A stretch of DNA of 64,000 nt. It comes from Bacteroidota bacterium (GTDB taxonomy: Bacteria; Bacteroidota; Bacteroidia; AKYH767-A; OLB10). The translations under genes and the position numbers were made by a program. The stretch covers positions 4,245 to 68,244 of the forward strand of contig JANOXC010000119.1 in NCBI GenBank assembly GCA_031418215.1, read 5' to 3'. Below, piece by piece: positions 21,001 to 25,633 of this stretch. The number at the start of each line of letters is the position of its first letter. The stretch's first letter is position 1. Below the pieces are notes generated by a model. The model was given only the letters and a program-made list of their open reading frames with translations. It was not told the DNA's origin and made no database searches.

Positions 21001-22949
21001 CATGAAGTTGAAATCCAATTTACATTACTGCCAATTTGAACAGGGCTTGAACTATTGGTAGTTGTTCCAATTCCAAGTTCTCCACTGCCGCCACTTCCCC
21101 AACCCCATAAAGTTCCATTCGCTTTTACAGCAAGATTATGATATCGTCCGCAAGAAATAATATGCCATGTATGTTCCGTACCTATTTGGGCCGGGCTATG
21201 GATCTCAGTAGTTGTTCCATTGCCCAATTGACTAAAATCATTTCTACCCCAGGTCCATAAGGTACCATCTGCTTTGCGCGCAATGGTATGCCCCCAACCG
21301 CATTCAACATTTATCCAGTCAGTGGCAGATCCAATCTGAACTGGTGCATTATGATTTGTTGTTGTACCATCCCCCAATTGTCCCTTACCATTATACCCCC
21401 ATGCCCATAGAGTGCCGTCTGATCTCAAAGCAAGTGTATGCGCTTCACCGGTGGAAACATGAGTCCAATTTGTTCCACTGCCAACTTGCACCGGACTATT
21501 ACGCTGTATATTATTTCCATCACCTAATTGACCGCTTCCATTTGCTCCCCATGCCCAAAGTGTCCCATCAGATTTGATAGCTAATGTGTGATCAAATCCA
21601 CAAACAACAGAAATCCAATTATTTGAATTTCCTATTTGTACGGGAATTGATCGGTTAACTGTTGAGCCATCACCCAAATGCCCGGTTGTATTTTGTCCCC
21701 ATGCCCAAAGTGTACCATCTGTTCTGATACCAACAGAATGAAACATCCCATATGCTACCATTAACCATTCTGTTAAAGCATCTCTTGTTTGAACAGGGCT
21801 ATTTCGCAGGACTGTGCTACCATCGCCTAATTGTCCGAATGCATTATCTCCCCATACCCAAAGTGTACCATCTGATTTTAATGCCATTGAATGATTGTAC
21901 CCACCGGTAACGCTTACCCATTTGTTATCACTACCAACCTGAACAGGGTTTGCATGTGTACTGTTATCTGTTGATCCAATGCCTAGTTCTCCACTTGAAT
22001 TCAATCCCCATGTCCAGAGGGTTCCGTTAGATTTCAATGCCAGCAATTGATTTCCGCCTGAGGCTATAGTTACCCAGTTGTTATCTGTTCCGACTTGTGT
22101 AGGAGTTGGATGTGTATTGAAATCGGAACTTCCATTTCCTAATTGCCCCTGGCTGTTTCGTCCCCATGCCCATAATGTACCGTTTGATTTAATTGCCAAA
22201 GTATATTGCGATAAACCTGCAGCAAATTCTTTCCAGTTATTTTCAATTCCTACTTGTAAAGGAGAAGGATGAGTATTTGCATCAGCAACACCATTACCTA
22301 ATTCTCCAGTATTATTATCACCCCATGCCCAAAGCGTACCATCTGATTTTAATGCTAAAGTGTGATATACACCAGCGGAGATCAACATCCAATTGTTATC
22401 TACTCCTACCTGCACAGGACTATTTCGTTGTGTCGTAGTGCTATCACCTAATTGCCCGAAGGAATTATCACCCCATGCCCATAATGTACCATCGGTTTTT
22501 AATGCATGTATACAATAACCGGCTGTTGAAACACTCACCCATTTGTTATCACTCCCTACCTGGGTAGGATTTGTATGTGCAGATCCATCGGCAGATCCAG
22601 ATCCTAATTCTCCTTCAGCATTTCTTCCCCATGCCCAAAGCGTGCCATTAGATTTTATAGCCACTGAGTAAAGTTTTCCTGCTGATATAGTTACCCAATT
22701 ACTATCGCTGCCAACTTGAACTGGATTGCTGGAATTTGAATTTGTGCCATTGCCCAACTGACCAAATCCATTAGAACCCCAGGCCCAAAGAGCTCCATTC
22801 CTTATCTCAAGAGTATGAAAATCCCCTGTTGACATTCTCTGAAAGTTGTTGCGGTATGCGACAGAGGTACTGTTACTCGCTCTGTTGTATTGCGCACTGA
22901 CAGAAAAGAACAAGGAAATAAAATACAATGTAAGTAGAGTTTTCTTCAT
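3090..22949 (-). CDS. Giant 6619-aa secreted multidomain surface protein (RCC1 double propeller, beta-helix, phage-like repeat cassettes, subtilase-fold protease, MBG, Cys repeats)
   Basis: One 19.86-kb ORF with a Sec signal peptide (MKKTLLTLYFISLFFSVSAQ) and recognisable domain motifs along its whole length; detailed in findings. Confidence 0.95.
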   Translation of the reverse strand: MKKTLLTLYFISLFFSVSAQYNRASNSTSVAYRNNFQRMSTGDFHTLEIRNGALWAWGSNGFGQLGNGTNSNSSNPVQVGSDSNWVTISAGKLYSVAIKSNGTLWAWGRNAEGELGSGSADGSAHTNPTQVGSDNKWVSVSTAGYCIHALKTDGTLWAWGDNSFGQLGDSTTTQRNSPVQVGVDNNWMLISAGVYHTLALKSDGTLWAWGDNNTGELGNGVADANTHPSPLQVGIENNWKEFAAGLSQYTLAIKSNGTLWAWGRNSQGQLGNGSSDFNTHPTPTQVGTDNNWVTIASGGNQLLALKSNGTLWTWGLNSSGELGIGSTDNSTHANPVQVGSDNKWVSVTGGYNHSMALKSDGTLWVWGDNAFGQLGDGSTVLRNSPVQTRDALTEWLMVAYGMFHSVGIRTDGTLWAWGQNTTGHLGDGSTVNRSIPVQIGNSNNWISVVCGFDHTLAIKSDGTLWAWGANGSGQLGDGNNIQRNSPVQVGSGTNWTHVSTGEAHTLALRSDGTLWAWGYNGKGQLGDGTTTNHNAPVQIGSATDWINVECGWGHTIARKADGTLWTWGRNDFSQLGNGTTTEIHSPAQIGTEHTWHIISCGRYHNLAVKANGTLWGWGSGGSGELGIGTTTNSSSPVQIGSNVNWISTSCGNGNSFAMQTSGSLWSWGNNADGELGDGTIINKIIPTLISSQTDVVAVSAGSYHTGVIKAHRDNICMTGLNSFGQLGDGTTTSTSTFGCNISIPIPSTITTSFVDTSFCSGNALNVFYTITGTFISGNIFTAQLSDSMGSFSNPIAIGSISSLTSNNIACTIPFNASSGNAYRIRVVGSNPAVIGNNNGTNINITQSSSLIISVVQNNLCIGGSVTFVALRNNAGANPSFQWKKNGVNVGTNDTIYTTSSILNFDTISCEMTSVPVCNSGDSVAISNMIVMSVNGSIPLSGTYTINSALSASCTNYTSLAASISDLNSRGVNGNVIFNLETGHIETAPSGGLVINMCSLNDSLKSNAAQTVTFQKSGAGANPIIYAGAGPGGFDRIFRLVGSDYITFNGLDLRENAANTTDATKAEVGFEFVLCSGTDGAQHNTIRNCSITLDKSNLASTFGIMTRAYDANYIYPTITNLSGTNSYNKFYSNTISNCFQGINMYGYADVAPFTFYDQDNEIGRAGEGNTISDFGRGGDTANAAIGIEIGNNNNFSIVGNAITNLTGVIHSAWVEGMRLWSSQNANATISKNTISLTTNCGPSGGPSGYGVTGIYSLAGNRTTRVGAPSNTILIDSNIIQNCYIPPTANAFFMSILINKLITDSMSAAKMTISNNQVLNNSNTSNITTSSIAMNGILDQFAHDSLNIIGNVFSGNTFSGSSAGSNRMICVNWPTNSIPNWKEIININSNTITNCNNSSLGGVITGITVEPGSGTALLTGSTLTMNNNFVGNVNQPQASTAAFNGILNSSSTNIDVICSNNRVSNITRGAKTGSFVGIASTGTSPRNMTMSSDTVMLIKMDSITTGSFTGISTTGTSTVATIMNNNVVMNDTIGGTGTVTLMETGSTTGGSSTLTSNNNYIGNNICTGTSGSMHGIKTISPQNWTASGNLVENNSYSNASSIGIINGFFSFTSAVNVTINDNIVKNLSVGGAGTIRGIYEFGVAGNKSFQRNKVSNLSASGNASIIGIGTVVGAVNIQNDTITSLTLSGTVTSGSVTGMLISSTVTGIVRNNNIKLLTTNSSSTGTLIGISNFASISCDSNLITDVTSTNSNTNSVTITGISNSGASSSLSSNVVSRMKSSGIGSGTVSGISNSGTTSSVYNNSVLEVVGSGTGNVTGILNTGGTTVNIYGNTISTDSIKGGGIVRGIGVSGGTTVSIYKNAICGIIGGSSSAVAKGIEITGGTTLHIYNNLVSNINSIVSATGAHSVIGLDVLGGTTVNVTYNTVRLSGASGSGSLYGSSAINASTSPNLTLRNNIFINLISPGGSGGTGGVSAAYRRSGTLTSSYSINSNKNIFYTGIPGPNKLIYCEGTANPVLNAKQNFNGTTSYQSFMISRDQSSLTEDVVFRSTSYSNINFLKVDTSAANPTYVEGTAAPITSPIAINGDYSGNARNATTPDIGAFEDIYYSKPPLQIDCAVPANQPTSLTIAPVANYYTRIAGSFQQAPSLPDGYLVVVYPVGSAVTPPSDKTTYSTGNTLGLGTVVVVGNYASTSPFVATGLTQNTTYRFYVYSMSNNPGTCIGPIYQTLNPLNDTATTNTNRVPGCITTFSPLTNTTNVSIKPVLSWSGVIGDNITGYDVYLSTSQSLVNSLSATVKIASNISTTSFTISSSLISAATYYWTVIPRNQFGAATLCTVNIFTTHIPTSISSTIKGGLWSNPNTWNNGMVPSVSDDVNILSLSVVTIDTVAAANNLSIDSGAVLQWNSTSNALTVGGNLTVNQGGSFFPYTSGLSTVTLNLAGNFVNNGLANLALANISFNGASPQIISGSGNFVGDSLNGIIRGMTMSNASSLNINTIQNLILAGTFNDYVGDISTNGKLKIDNTAQVYGQSLNNRLANVVLNTMGNYSVPPVIFGASVLPIAVGTTAANLGSRYFSGNNVYLCTDTGTFTSLPTVNPVNNPSNYFQTFNTSGPSLLWIGTLGTLGNPFNQSTNGLVLGSQYFYGDNLYVSLATQTGSVPPTHPSGIVGNLLYVGSPAKASINYDPTATLNVRSVTLTNAGSGYSVSPSLTINENGGTTTTSASGSTVLIQRIEGTSSFTTTKGTAATITGGLTINSTAGATAFSGVGSIVIPASSSTGAGVGYTVAPQVGFTLPVGALNFITNGGSGYIAAPTVSISADTAGRIINNSASPTLPTFTAVVAGGKVVSLIISSAGTALFSSLPAITISAPTGSGPVQAMAAFPVGCLPTATAVIGFNGQLNNFNITNSGFGYTSAPTVGLGTATNAGIAVVAATTTPTAKIALYNLTYSQNTSAATVANPSITTGVEIPVSNRMNSLVVGSTTTVNGSIGANFANVTLTAPLELTASVTALSLPSSTVVSPSVLNLGGNTLTFSHPSYTGLTTSTPSTPLYLLFGYVTNGPITLKSLGGTQSKAFPFDATVTLNATNASLPNQSGATATSYTVTQLGAATGSINAASGNPIGSRSYRVQANGTLGVGAGTTSGTAETPTLQLRWNGNDNFSPSQRLASIFIGQSTISSAGSWTMRSLSDVSAGDTATVFSVTNGMQVGNRTTTQPFSPGPFNLANGEYFSFVTTSNNSVSSTAIGGLWSNPSTWINGVVPTVNDSVVISNGATVTVDVLVGIKSLTVGVVGGGGSAILQWSSTSQMTVTGNILINSNGSFLQYSASTSPFGATIKIGGNFTNNGFANCAANGTILSFLGNTLPGGNNVQFLSGSGSFKGDGTKGIIRTIQVASTGSLTINTSENLVTSGLNVWGATLNTGGKLTIDNTAQVYGQGYNSRVNNVVVTNMGQQYSAAPVVFGTAVVKDTSAGNIAGQTTTVGTYYWYGTRVYLCTAAANFNTTPPTSTASTTFNTSGPTLLYIGELGTLGNPFNITASGLIAGTQYFYRNNLYVVASISNQTGSASSPPVHTSGIVSNLLYVGTVAKVSVNYDASTSRVRSLQLDSAGSGYSVVPSLSFSTVTGATVVSPAVATPVMIQRMDGPSNSLLQKNATAIISGGLTINNDQGAPATASGITKGSGVGQVFISTTSVTGAGVNYTVAPTVGFAGPTALNLVTNSGSGYTVAPTITITGTPVSGTALTSANFTITVSQGKLVSVYLNTGTAATYSSPPTISISGNGTIAWPGGCWPTAIVVINTNRQINNFAITNSGYGFTTAPIVGLGGGTATTVASTAPTARIALYNIAYNNISPLSANNSQNGVATAGAEVPSNNKINALLLSGNSPIGGVKLLGKLELFGSSPLSFSSGILDLNGDTLLCSLYSYSGTTGSVSANVSNGVISLTAPGGSVTRTFPFDGSIQVATGTGSLSTGSTITQISASRLGRPTGTGGPIGKRTNRLNIPVGMVYGTKPLVTLFWTVNDSLVSDQGGLFVGQAPAVNGPWTTRSTAVGTANTPLSATGSKQTADTITGPIVPTGDDFYAWLSTYTPVPLQYNITRATNTTYNSIINSGNTFTWISSSGDEALSNVVTIPGSTFTYCGQVITGFQLLTNGIIRLVSTATPAFTVTGSTYSNRFAPSVNPTAAILNGSSFPFMLAPFYTDLISDPTISGGTAIYDVKTKWKITGTTGARKIIAEWKDFTMYGVSNSLISIQVILDESDNSISYNYGPLQAFNGTQDARLSYGVGFTGIFVNDPALQGQVLAQQYENSDVFSYTNTNVLARGTTGLSIAPSCNSTIKFTPGTGYTGGTVPPTTPPNNDDYSGATFIAPVSVLPDNLCGNIYSSRFATASNNVAVCAGNNDDDVWFKFNAKNINTNVVVYASGGYIPRVQVLNNSFNSISCKVGIVESGMANNTTYPGAGVFLNSAIMTIPDSIYYVRIYHERGGVKATATASFSPGGGITNIVMNNNGSGYNTALFSISGGSTSGRVTISGGGGIGAIGTVNQGSGTVSSISISTAGYGYTSQPTVDIESPNWGITGEFALVVLSPDASNDECANATELASANSLTCNTGLNQIVNVSTTNATASADTTLCGIADDDVWYWFAGTGYNTVTVTGSGAYDPAFQVYYGGIGPGNCNSKTSILCRNLNNTAGSSESSGFTTIVGHIYYVRVYHAGTGGTTAGAPASFSICVVSTIPTCVAAPTAPSNGSSLCIAINSTLSWPAVATATGYDVYLYPSAGSVTLVSTNQANTSYTTLTPLTPGSYSWKVVPRNGFSLAAGCTTWNFTILVLPSVSPTTNSPICSGDSIKFSAASGGTAYSWNGPNGFNSNLQSPIKPNPAVADSGYYKVTITNANGCSKSDSIYITVNPTPVVQITNPATVCSNVKVSLFDTLITSGSTNGLAYSYWNNIQATSAVIIPYAVTVAGTYYIKGITTAGCYDIKPVVITHIPAPITLASFISPICSGATIYLTAGGGISYVWSGPNGFTSSQQNPKITNTNANTSGYYSVSVTGNNGCVKTDSVNLFVVAAPSIQITNPATVCAPLTVNLTNSTIVSGSQSGLAYSYWKDSIAYTTIAAPAAINASGTYYIKGLANTGCSTIKLVEVRVTPYPTAHIIPNSPLCAEGGTSTLFVTDSTPGLINNYSYVWTPGNLVADSFLVTTPGTYGVTLTNNGCTGPSTSISMALVNCIIPYFTSSDSGKSSAIIGELQQIQNNPDSIADTTTTAANAVNTSLIVLGVDSVFINVIPFEGMYDSVLTLLQSVDYGMVDIVDNGDDSLIITGKFPQAKLNLLDSLTTLINEVHVLLSPFSGAAKPKGIGVAYSKGDIAIRADIARKVFKVDGSGIKIGILSDSYNKKAGNPAQVDINNGDLPPATSINVLQDYPFGRKSDEGRAMMQIIRDVAPKAKLAFRTGFLTASNMAEGIRELEADSCNIIIDDITFPSEPFFQDGIIAQAVDSAKAHGVAYFTSAGNFGDKSYDAVFKPATPPAGYVGQAHNFASTGTDILQHVKLLSGTYCIVLQWEDSFFSMGQYPGASTDLDIYLADDFGNRLFGFNRTNIGADPVEILPFVVKGNSEANIMIVRAAGTGSMRFKYIVFRGDLTITEYNSNNSTIVGQANAIGAMTVGAARYTKTPAFGVSPALVEDFSSAGGTTVNNLLRNKPDFIAPNGVNTTVNLGGKNIDNDKFPNFFGTSAAVPHAAAVAALLIEAKKKFFNLGMTPDEIKSILQNTSRDMAAGGFDFETGYGLLQADSAIASLVSGSPIADSLVEPDSITPGSAPFVVTINGAYFIPNSQVWFNGILISSTYVNSNVITAQIPAFTGNPPLYIHNPAVTTLALDGGNSDTIYFFKKHIVITADNKTKKYGEKIPAFSISVKIDGQPIDSLNITLAELKLDSVKYLTSAVTLSNVGNYFIEPFIDPLDPTDSLSSILLDKYAYEFDNGLLSIEKMPLNIKPKDTTLVYGDKLTDFKFVYAYDSIAIDTTDRLAIRAGLMLEHSSQIADALVLVDSKNLVNSRNLINADIQHLSFLVSARNLINARNLINAKNLINTNTIVYDTTRLIDVDPESIFNYQVRPDSARLINARNLINARNLININAKAAVNAKNLINGSAYVNAKNLINAKNLINAKNLLNSTTVSDSSNENVVVVIDADDVNAPSYDTLEDFRSVNMITGFTAGTWAIVPGAYLSDNYDVSYDLGTLTITKAELNVSSNDTVLVFGQTPVFTHHIKGYHYYDVDSLVLAGLPTYSVIDSLNLPVLSDTIPPGNYLVLPGNLQLIQPASYTIYYNNTGNLLALDACTSANFDSITNSYLPVNFSDNNVCTTDGCNPLLGPTHILMPFENDHNVCTTDGCNAITGPTHIALPVVDDNNICTTDGCDSLTGTTHIDLPIINDANICTIDGCDAIAGPTHLLIQFDDINVCTADACDSVSGPLHTVIPVNDANACTADACNPVTGPSHIPILVDDNNACTIDGCDSITGVYHNNTCNVTLNLRAFIEGFYIPGMDSMMAVLDPLNFPAICDSVILSMADSATYQIVSSDTSVINTKGYGTFTFAGLISGHRYYLVLRHRNSIETWSKETIIYNNQVLNYDFTRP
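3425..3930 (-). repeat. Seven tandem ~24-25-aa Cys repeats (DxNxCTxDxC..G..H), Dictyostelium CTDC-like
   Basis: e.g. DDNNICTTDGCDSLTGTTH, DDNNACTIDGCDSITGVYH; one further degenerate copy precedes them. Confidence 0.85.
4476..4850 (-). repeat. NA[RK]NL[IL] hexapeptide array within the giant protein
   Basis: About 11 close copies plus degenerate ones, in two blocks (SARNLINARNLINAKNLIN; NAKNLINAKNLINAKNLLN). Confidence 0.9.
20740..22835 (-). repeat. Fourteen RCC1-like repeats (two 7-bladed propellers)
   Basis: 14 copies of a ~51-aa unit, G..H.LA.K.DGTLWAWG.N..GQLG.G......P.Q.G...W; the last is degenerate. Confidence 0.92.
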
Positions 22950-23015
22950 GGTTGAGTGACTAAAAATAAATATATTGGGAATATATATAGATATAACTTA
23001 TTATTTATAGGCTAA

Positions 23016-23023
23016 CAAATCTA
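23016..23023 (-). promoter_or_regulatory. Candidate -7 promoter element (TAGATTTG) for the giant gene, proximal
   Basis: Matches TAnnTTTG about 66 nt upstream of the ATG at 22949. Confidence 0.55.
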
Positions 23024-23102
23024 CCAATTTTAACTGACAAAAACTAATACGCTTGCAGAGTAAAATCGCAATAAAAATAGGCTTACTAAAAGACATTAAT
23101 AG

Positions 23103-23177
23103 TCATACTAAAGTATTAATTATTCGCCTCTTTTGCCAAATCTAGCTAAGAAAAGCACTAATTTATCATACTAAAGT
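23103..23177. promoter_or_regulatory. 12-bp direct repeat TCATACTAAAGT x2 flanking a second TAGATTTG box (23137-23144, minus)
   Basis: Identical 12-mers at 23103-23114 and 23166-23177, starts 63 bp apart. Confidence 0.5.
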
Positions 23178-23250
23178 GTGACTCCGACTGCTTTAAAAAG
23201 GCGAATGATTAGGCAGTTTAGAAAAAAATAAATTTCACACCAAGTCAACT

Positions 23251-23979
23251 TTAAGGCGTCGAAAATGCCACAGGAATAATTTTTCCATTCATCACCGTGT
23301 GAGCTTCATTCGCAAAACGGGAAATATATTCAGCCATTTCCTTTGTTGAAACTGATGCCTGATACCCTGGAAACGCTTCCTTCAGCATCTCCGTATCCAC
23401 CGATCCCAGACATAAACAATTACATCTAATATTCGTGGATTTTAATTCTTCTGCAATACATTCAGTGATACAGACCAAAGCGGCCTTCGCAGAACTGTAA
23501 GCAACAAGACCGGAGAATTTTGTAGCGCCCTGAAAACCACCCATACTGCTGATGTTGACGATATGTGCTTGTTTTGCATTTTTTAAAAAAGGAAGTAGCT
23601 GCTGAACCAGTAACAATGGTGCAATTGCATTAACTTTATAGGAGTTGAAAAGATCGTTATGTTGAAGATCAGTGAATGGCTTATTGATCAGCAAACCAGC
23701 ATTGTTGATCAGCACATCTAATGAGGTTATTTTATGTTCTTTTAATAAACCGCTGACAGGACTAAAGTCCTGGTCTAATAAATCTAATGTTAAAGTGATT
23801 ATTTTTCCACCTACCGCTTCGGCCTCCTCTTTCAACAATTGCAACAGCGTTGCATTGCGTGAAATTGCAATAACATAATACTTATACTCGACAGCCAGTT
23901 TTAAAGCCGTCTCCCTGCCAATGCCGCTGCTTGCGCCTGTAATTAATGCTGTTTTATTCATTTCTATTAATAATAACAA
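23251..23979 (-). CDS. SDR family oxidoreductase (probable start 23961)
   Basis: TGASSGIG, NNAG and YSSAK motifs; TACATTTG promoter box at 23984-23991 (minus). Confidence 0.92.
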   Translation of the reverse strand: MLLLIEMNKTALITGASSGIGRETALKLAVEYKYYVIAISRNATLLQLLKEEAEAVGGKIITLTLDLLDQDFSPVSGLLKEHKITSLDVLINNAGLLINKPFTDLQHNDLFNSYKVNAIAPLLLVQQLLPFLKNAKQAHIVNISSMGGFQGATKFSGLVAYSSAKAALVCITECIAEELKSTNIRCNCLCLGSVDTEMLKEAFPGYQASVSTKEMAEYISRFANEAHTVMNGKIIPVAFSTP

Positions 23980-24088
23980 GCCCCAAATGTAGTTTTAATA
24001 GGCGAAAAAACGATTTGCAAAACACATGTATCAGTTACTTCAACAAATCGCCAAATAAGTATATTTACCCCCTAACAAATGCCGTTTT

Positions 24089-24661
24089 ATGAGGAATAAA
24101 ATAATACTATTATCATTGGTTTCAATGTTCTTTTCTATCGATTCTGCCTTAAGTCAGGAAACGATATACTACCCGGATAACAAGCCTCCTTCTCAGCCCG
24201 CTAAGGTTCCTTTTAAGGACAGAATATTTATCAGTCCTGACCTGGGACTTCAATTTGGAACAGTTACCCTGATTATGTTAGCACCAAAAGTCGGCTATAG
24301 AATCACAGAAAAATTCGCAGCAGGGCTCGGCGCATCTTATGTTTACGTAAAAGATAAAAGTTACCCCGGCTATACTTTTGAGTCAAACACCTATGGCGGG
24401 AGTATTTTTGCACAATACCAACTCTTCGAAAGTATCAGGGCCTATTCAGAATATGAAGTACTTAATCTTGAGATTTATGATCCATACCTGAATAACACCA
24501 GACGCGAAAATATTCCAAGTCTTTTAGTTGGTGGAGGTTATTCTCAACAGATAGGTGGTAACAGCGGTTTTTTTATCATGGCTTTGTATAACCTGCTCGA
24601 CGGACCAAATTCAATTTACAGCAACCCCGTAATAAGAATTGGATTTAATGTTGGGTTTTAA
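24089..24661 (+). CDS. Hypothetical outer-membrane beta-barrel protein
   Basis: Signal peptide, alternating amphipathic strands, C-terminal aromatic residue (IRIGFNVGF). Confidence 0.65.
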   Translation: MRNKIILLSLVSMFFSIDSALSQETIYYPDNKPPSQPAKVPFKDRIFISPDLGLQFGTVTLIMLAPKVGYRITEKFAAGLGASYVYVKDKSYPGYTFESNTYGGSIFAQYQLFESIRAYSEYEVLNLEIYDPYLNNTRRENIPSLLVGGGYSQQIGGNSGFFIMALYNLLDGPNSIYSNPVIRIGFNVGF

Positions 24662-24825
24662 AACAGCAGCAGTTGAGGGAAATCGGTAAATTTTAACAAG
24701 AAAAAGTAAGCAACAACTGTAGAAATTTATAGTTTTCAAAAATCAATCAACAAAAATATTCTTCAAACAAAATCAAACTGATTTAAACAATAAACATTAA
24801 ACCCCAAACTTTAAACCTTAAACTT

Positions 24826-25512
24826 TTAAAACTCTTTCACATCCATATACTGCATATGCCTTAATATCCAGCTCTTCTTTTTCTGAATATATAAGCTTGG
24901 TTTTGATGCCGACCATTTAATGGGATTGGGAAGTATGGCAGCAATGGCGGCCGCCTCGCTGTTGTTCAATTTTTTAGCAGGTTTGTGAAAATAATATTGC
25001 GATGCAGCTTCCGCTCCATAAATGCCGGGTCCCATTTCAATTACATTAAGGTAAACTTCCATGATGCGTTCTTTACTCCATAATATCTCAATAATAAAAG
25101 TAAAATAAACCTCAAATCCTTTTCGGATCCAACTTCTCGAAGGCCATAAAAAAACATTCTTTGCCGTTTGTTGAGAAATGGTTGAAGCACCTTTTACCTT
25201 TTTACCTTTATGCCTTTCATTGTATGCCTGGGCTTTTTCAATGGCTTTTAAATCGAAACCAAAATGCTCTTCAAAATTCTGGTCTTCTGAAGTAATAACT
25301 GCCAACGGCATAAAAGGAGATATTTCTTCCAATGAAACCCAATCCTTTATTAATTTAGCTTCCTTCCCATCCATCTTCTGTTCTAAAACACGTGCAATCA
25401 TCAATGGCGTAACCGGAATCGGAACAAAACGAAAAATAATAGTGGACACGACACTTAAAATAAAAAACCATAAAGCAATTTTCAACAGAACCTTGCCAAT
25501 TTTCTTAAGCAT
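24826..25512 (-). CDS. mtgA: Monofunctional biosynthetic peptidoglycan transglycosylase
   Basis: SEDQNFEEHFGFD, GASTISQQTAKNVFL, KERIMEVYLN and LPNP GT51 motifs; no transpeptidase domain. Confidence 0.95.
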   Translation of the reverse strand: MLKKIGKVLLKIALWFFILSVVSTIIFRFVPIPVTPLMIARVLEQKMDGKEAKLIKDWVSLEEISPFMPLAVITSEDQNFEEHFGFDLKAIEKAQAYNERHKGKKVKGASTISQQTAKNVFLWPSRSWIRKGFEVYFTFIIEILWSKERIMEVYLNVIEMGPGIYGAEAASQYYFHKPAKKLNNSEAAAIAAILPNPIKWSASKPSLYIQKKKSWILRHMQYMDVKEF

Positions 25513-25546
25513 AAATAAAATTGTATGTTGCTTCTAAATTGATAAT

Positions 25547-25633
25547 TAAAATCTGTGTAATCAGTTAAAATCAAAGGTCATTTTTTAAAATCTGTGTAAT
25601 CAGTTTAATCAGCTAAAATCAGTGGTCATTTTA
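25547..25633. repeat. Tandem ~39-bp duplication containing TAAAATCTGTGTAATCAGTT x2, overlapping the purL 3' end
   Basis: Identical 20-mers at 25547-25566 and 25586-25605; related TAAAATCAAAGGTCATTTT and TAAAATCAGTGGTCATTTT. Confidence 0.8.

Noticed and set aside
3547-22438. Many 60-130-aa plus-strand and alternative-frame ORFs inside the giant gene
   Set aside because: Shadow ORFs from the Gly/Thr/Ser/Val-rich codon pattern; no motifs, signal peptides or promoters.
10715-22835. Diversity-generating retroelement acting on the repeats
   Set aside because: No reverse transcriptase and no near-identical template/variable repeat pair differing at adenines.
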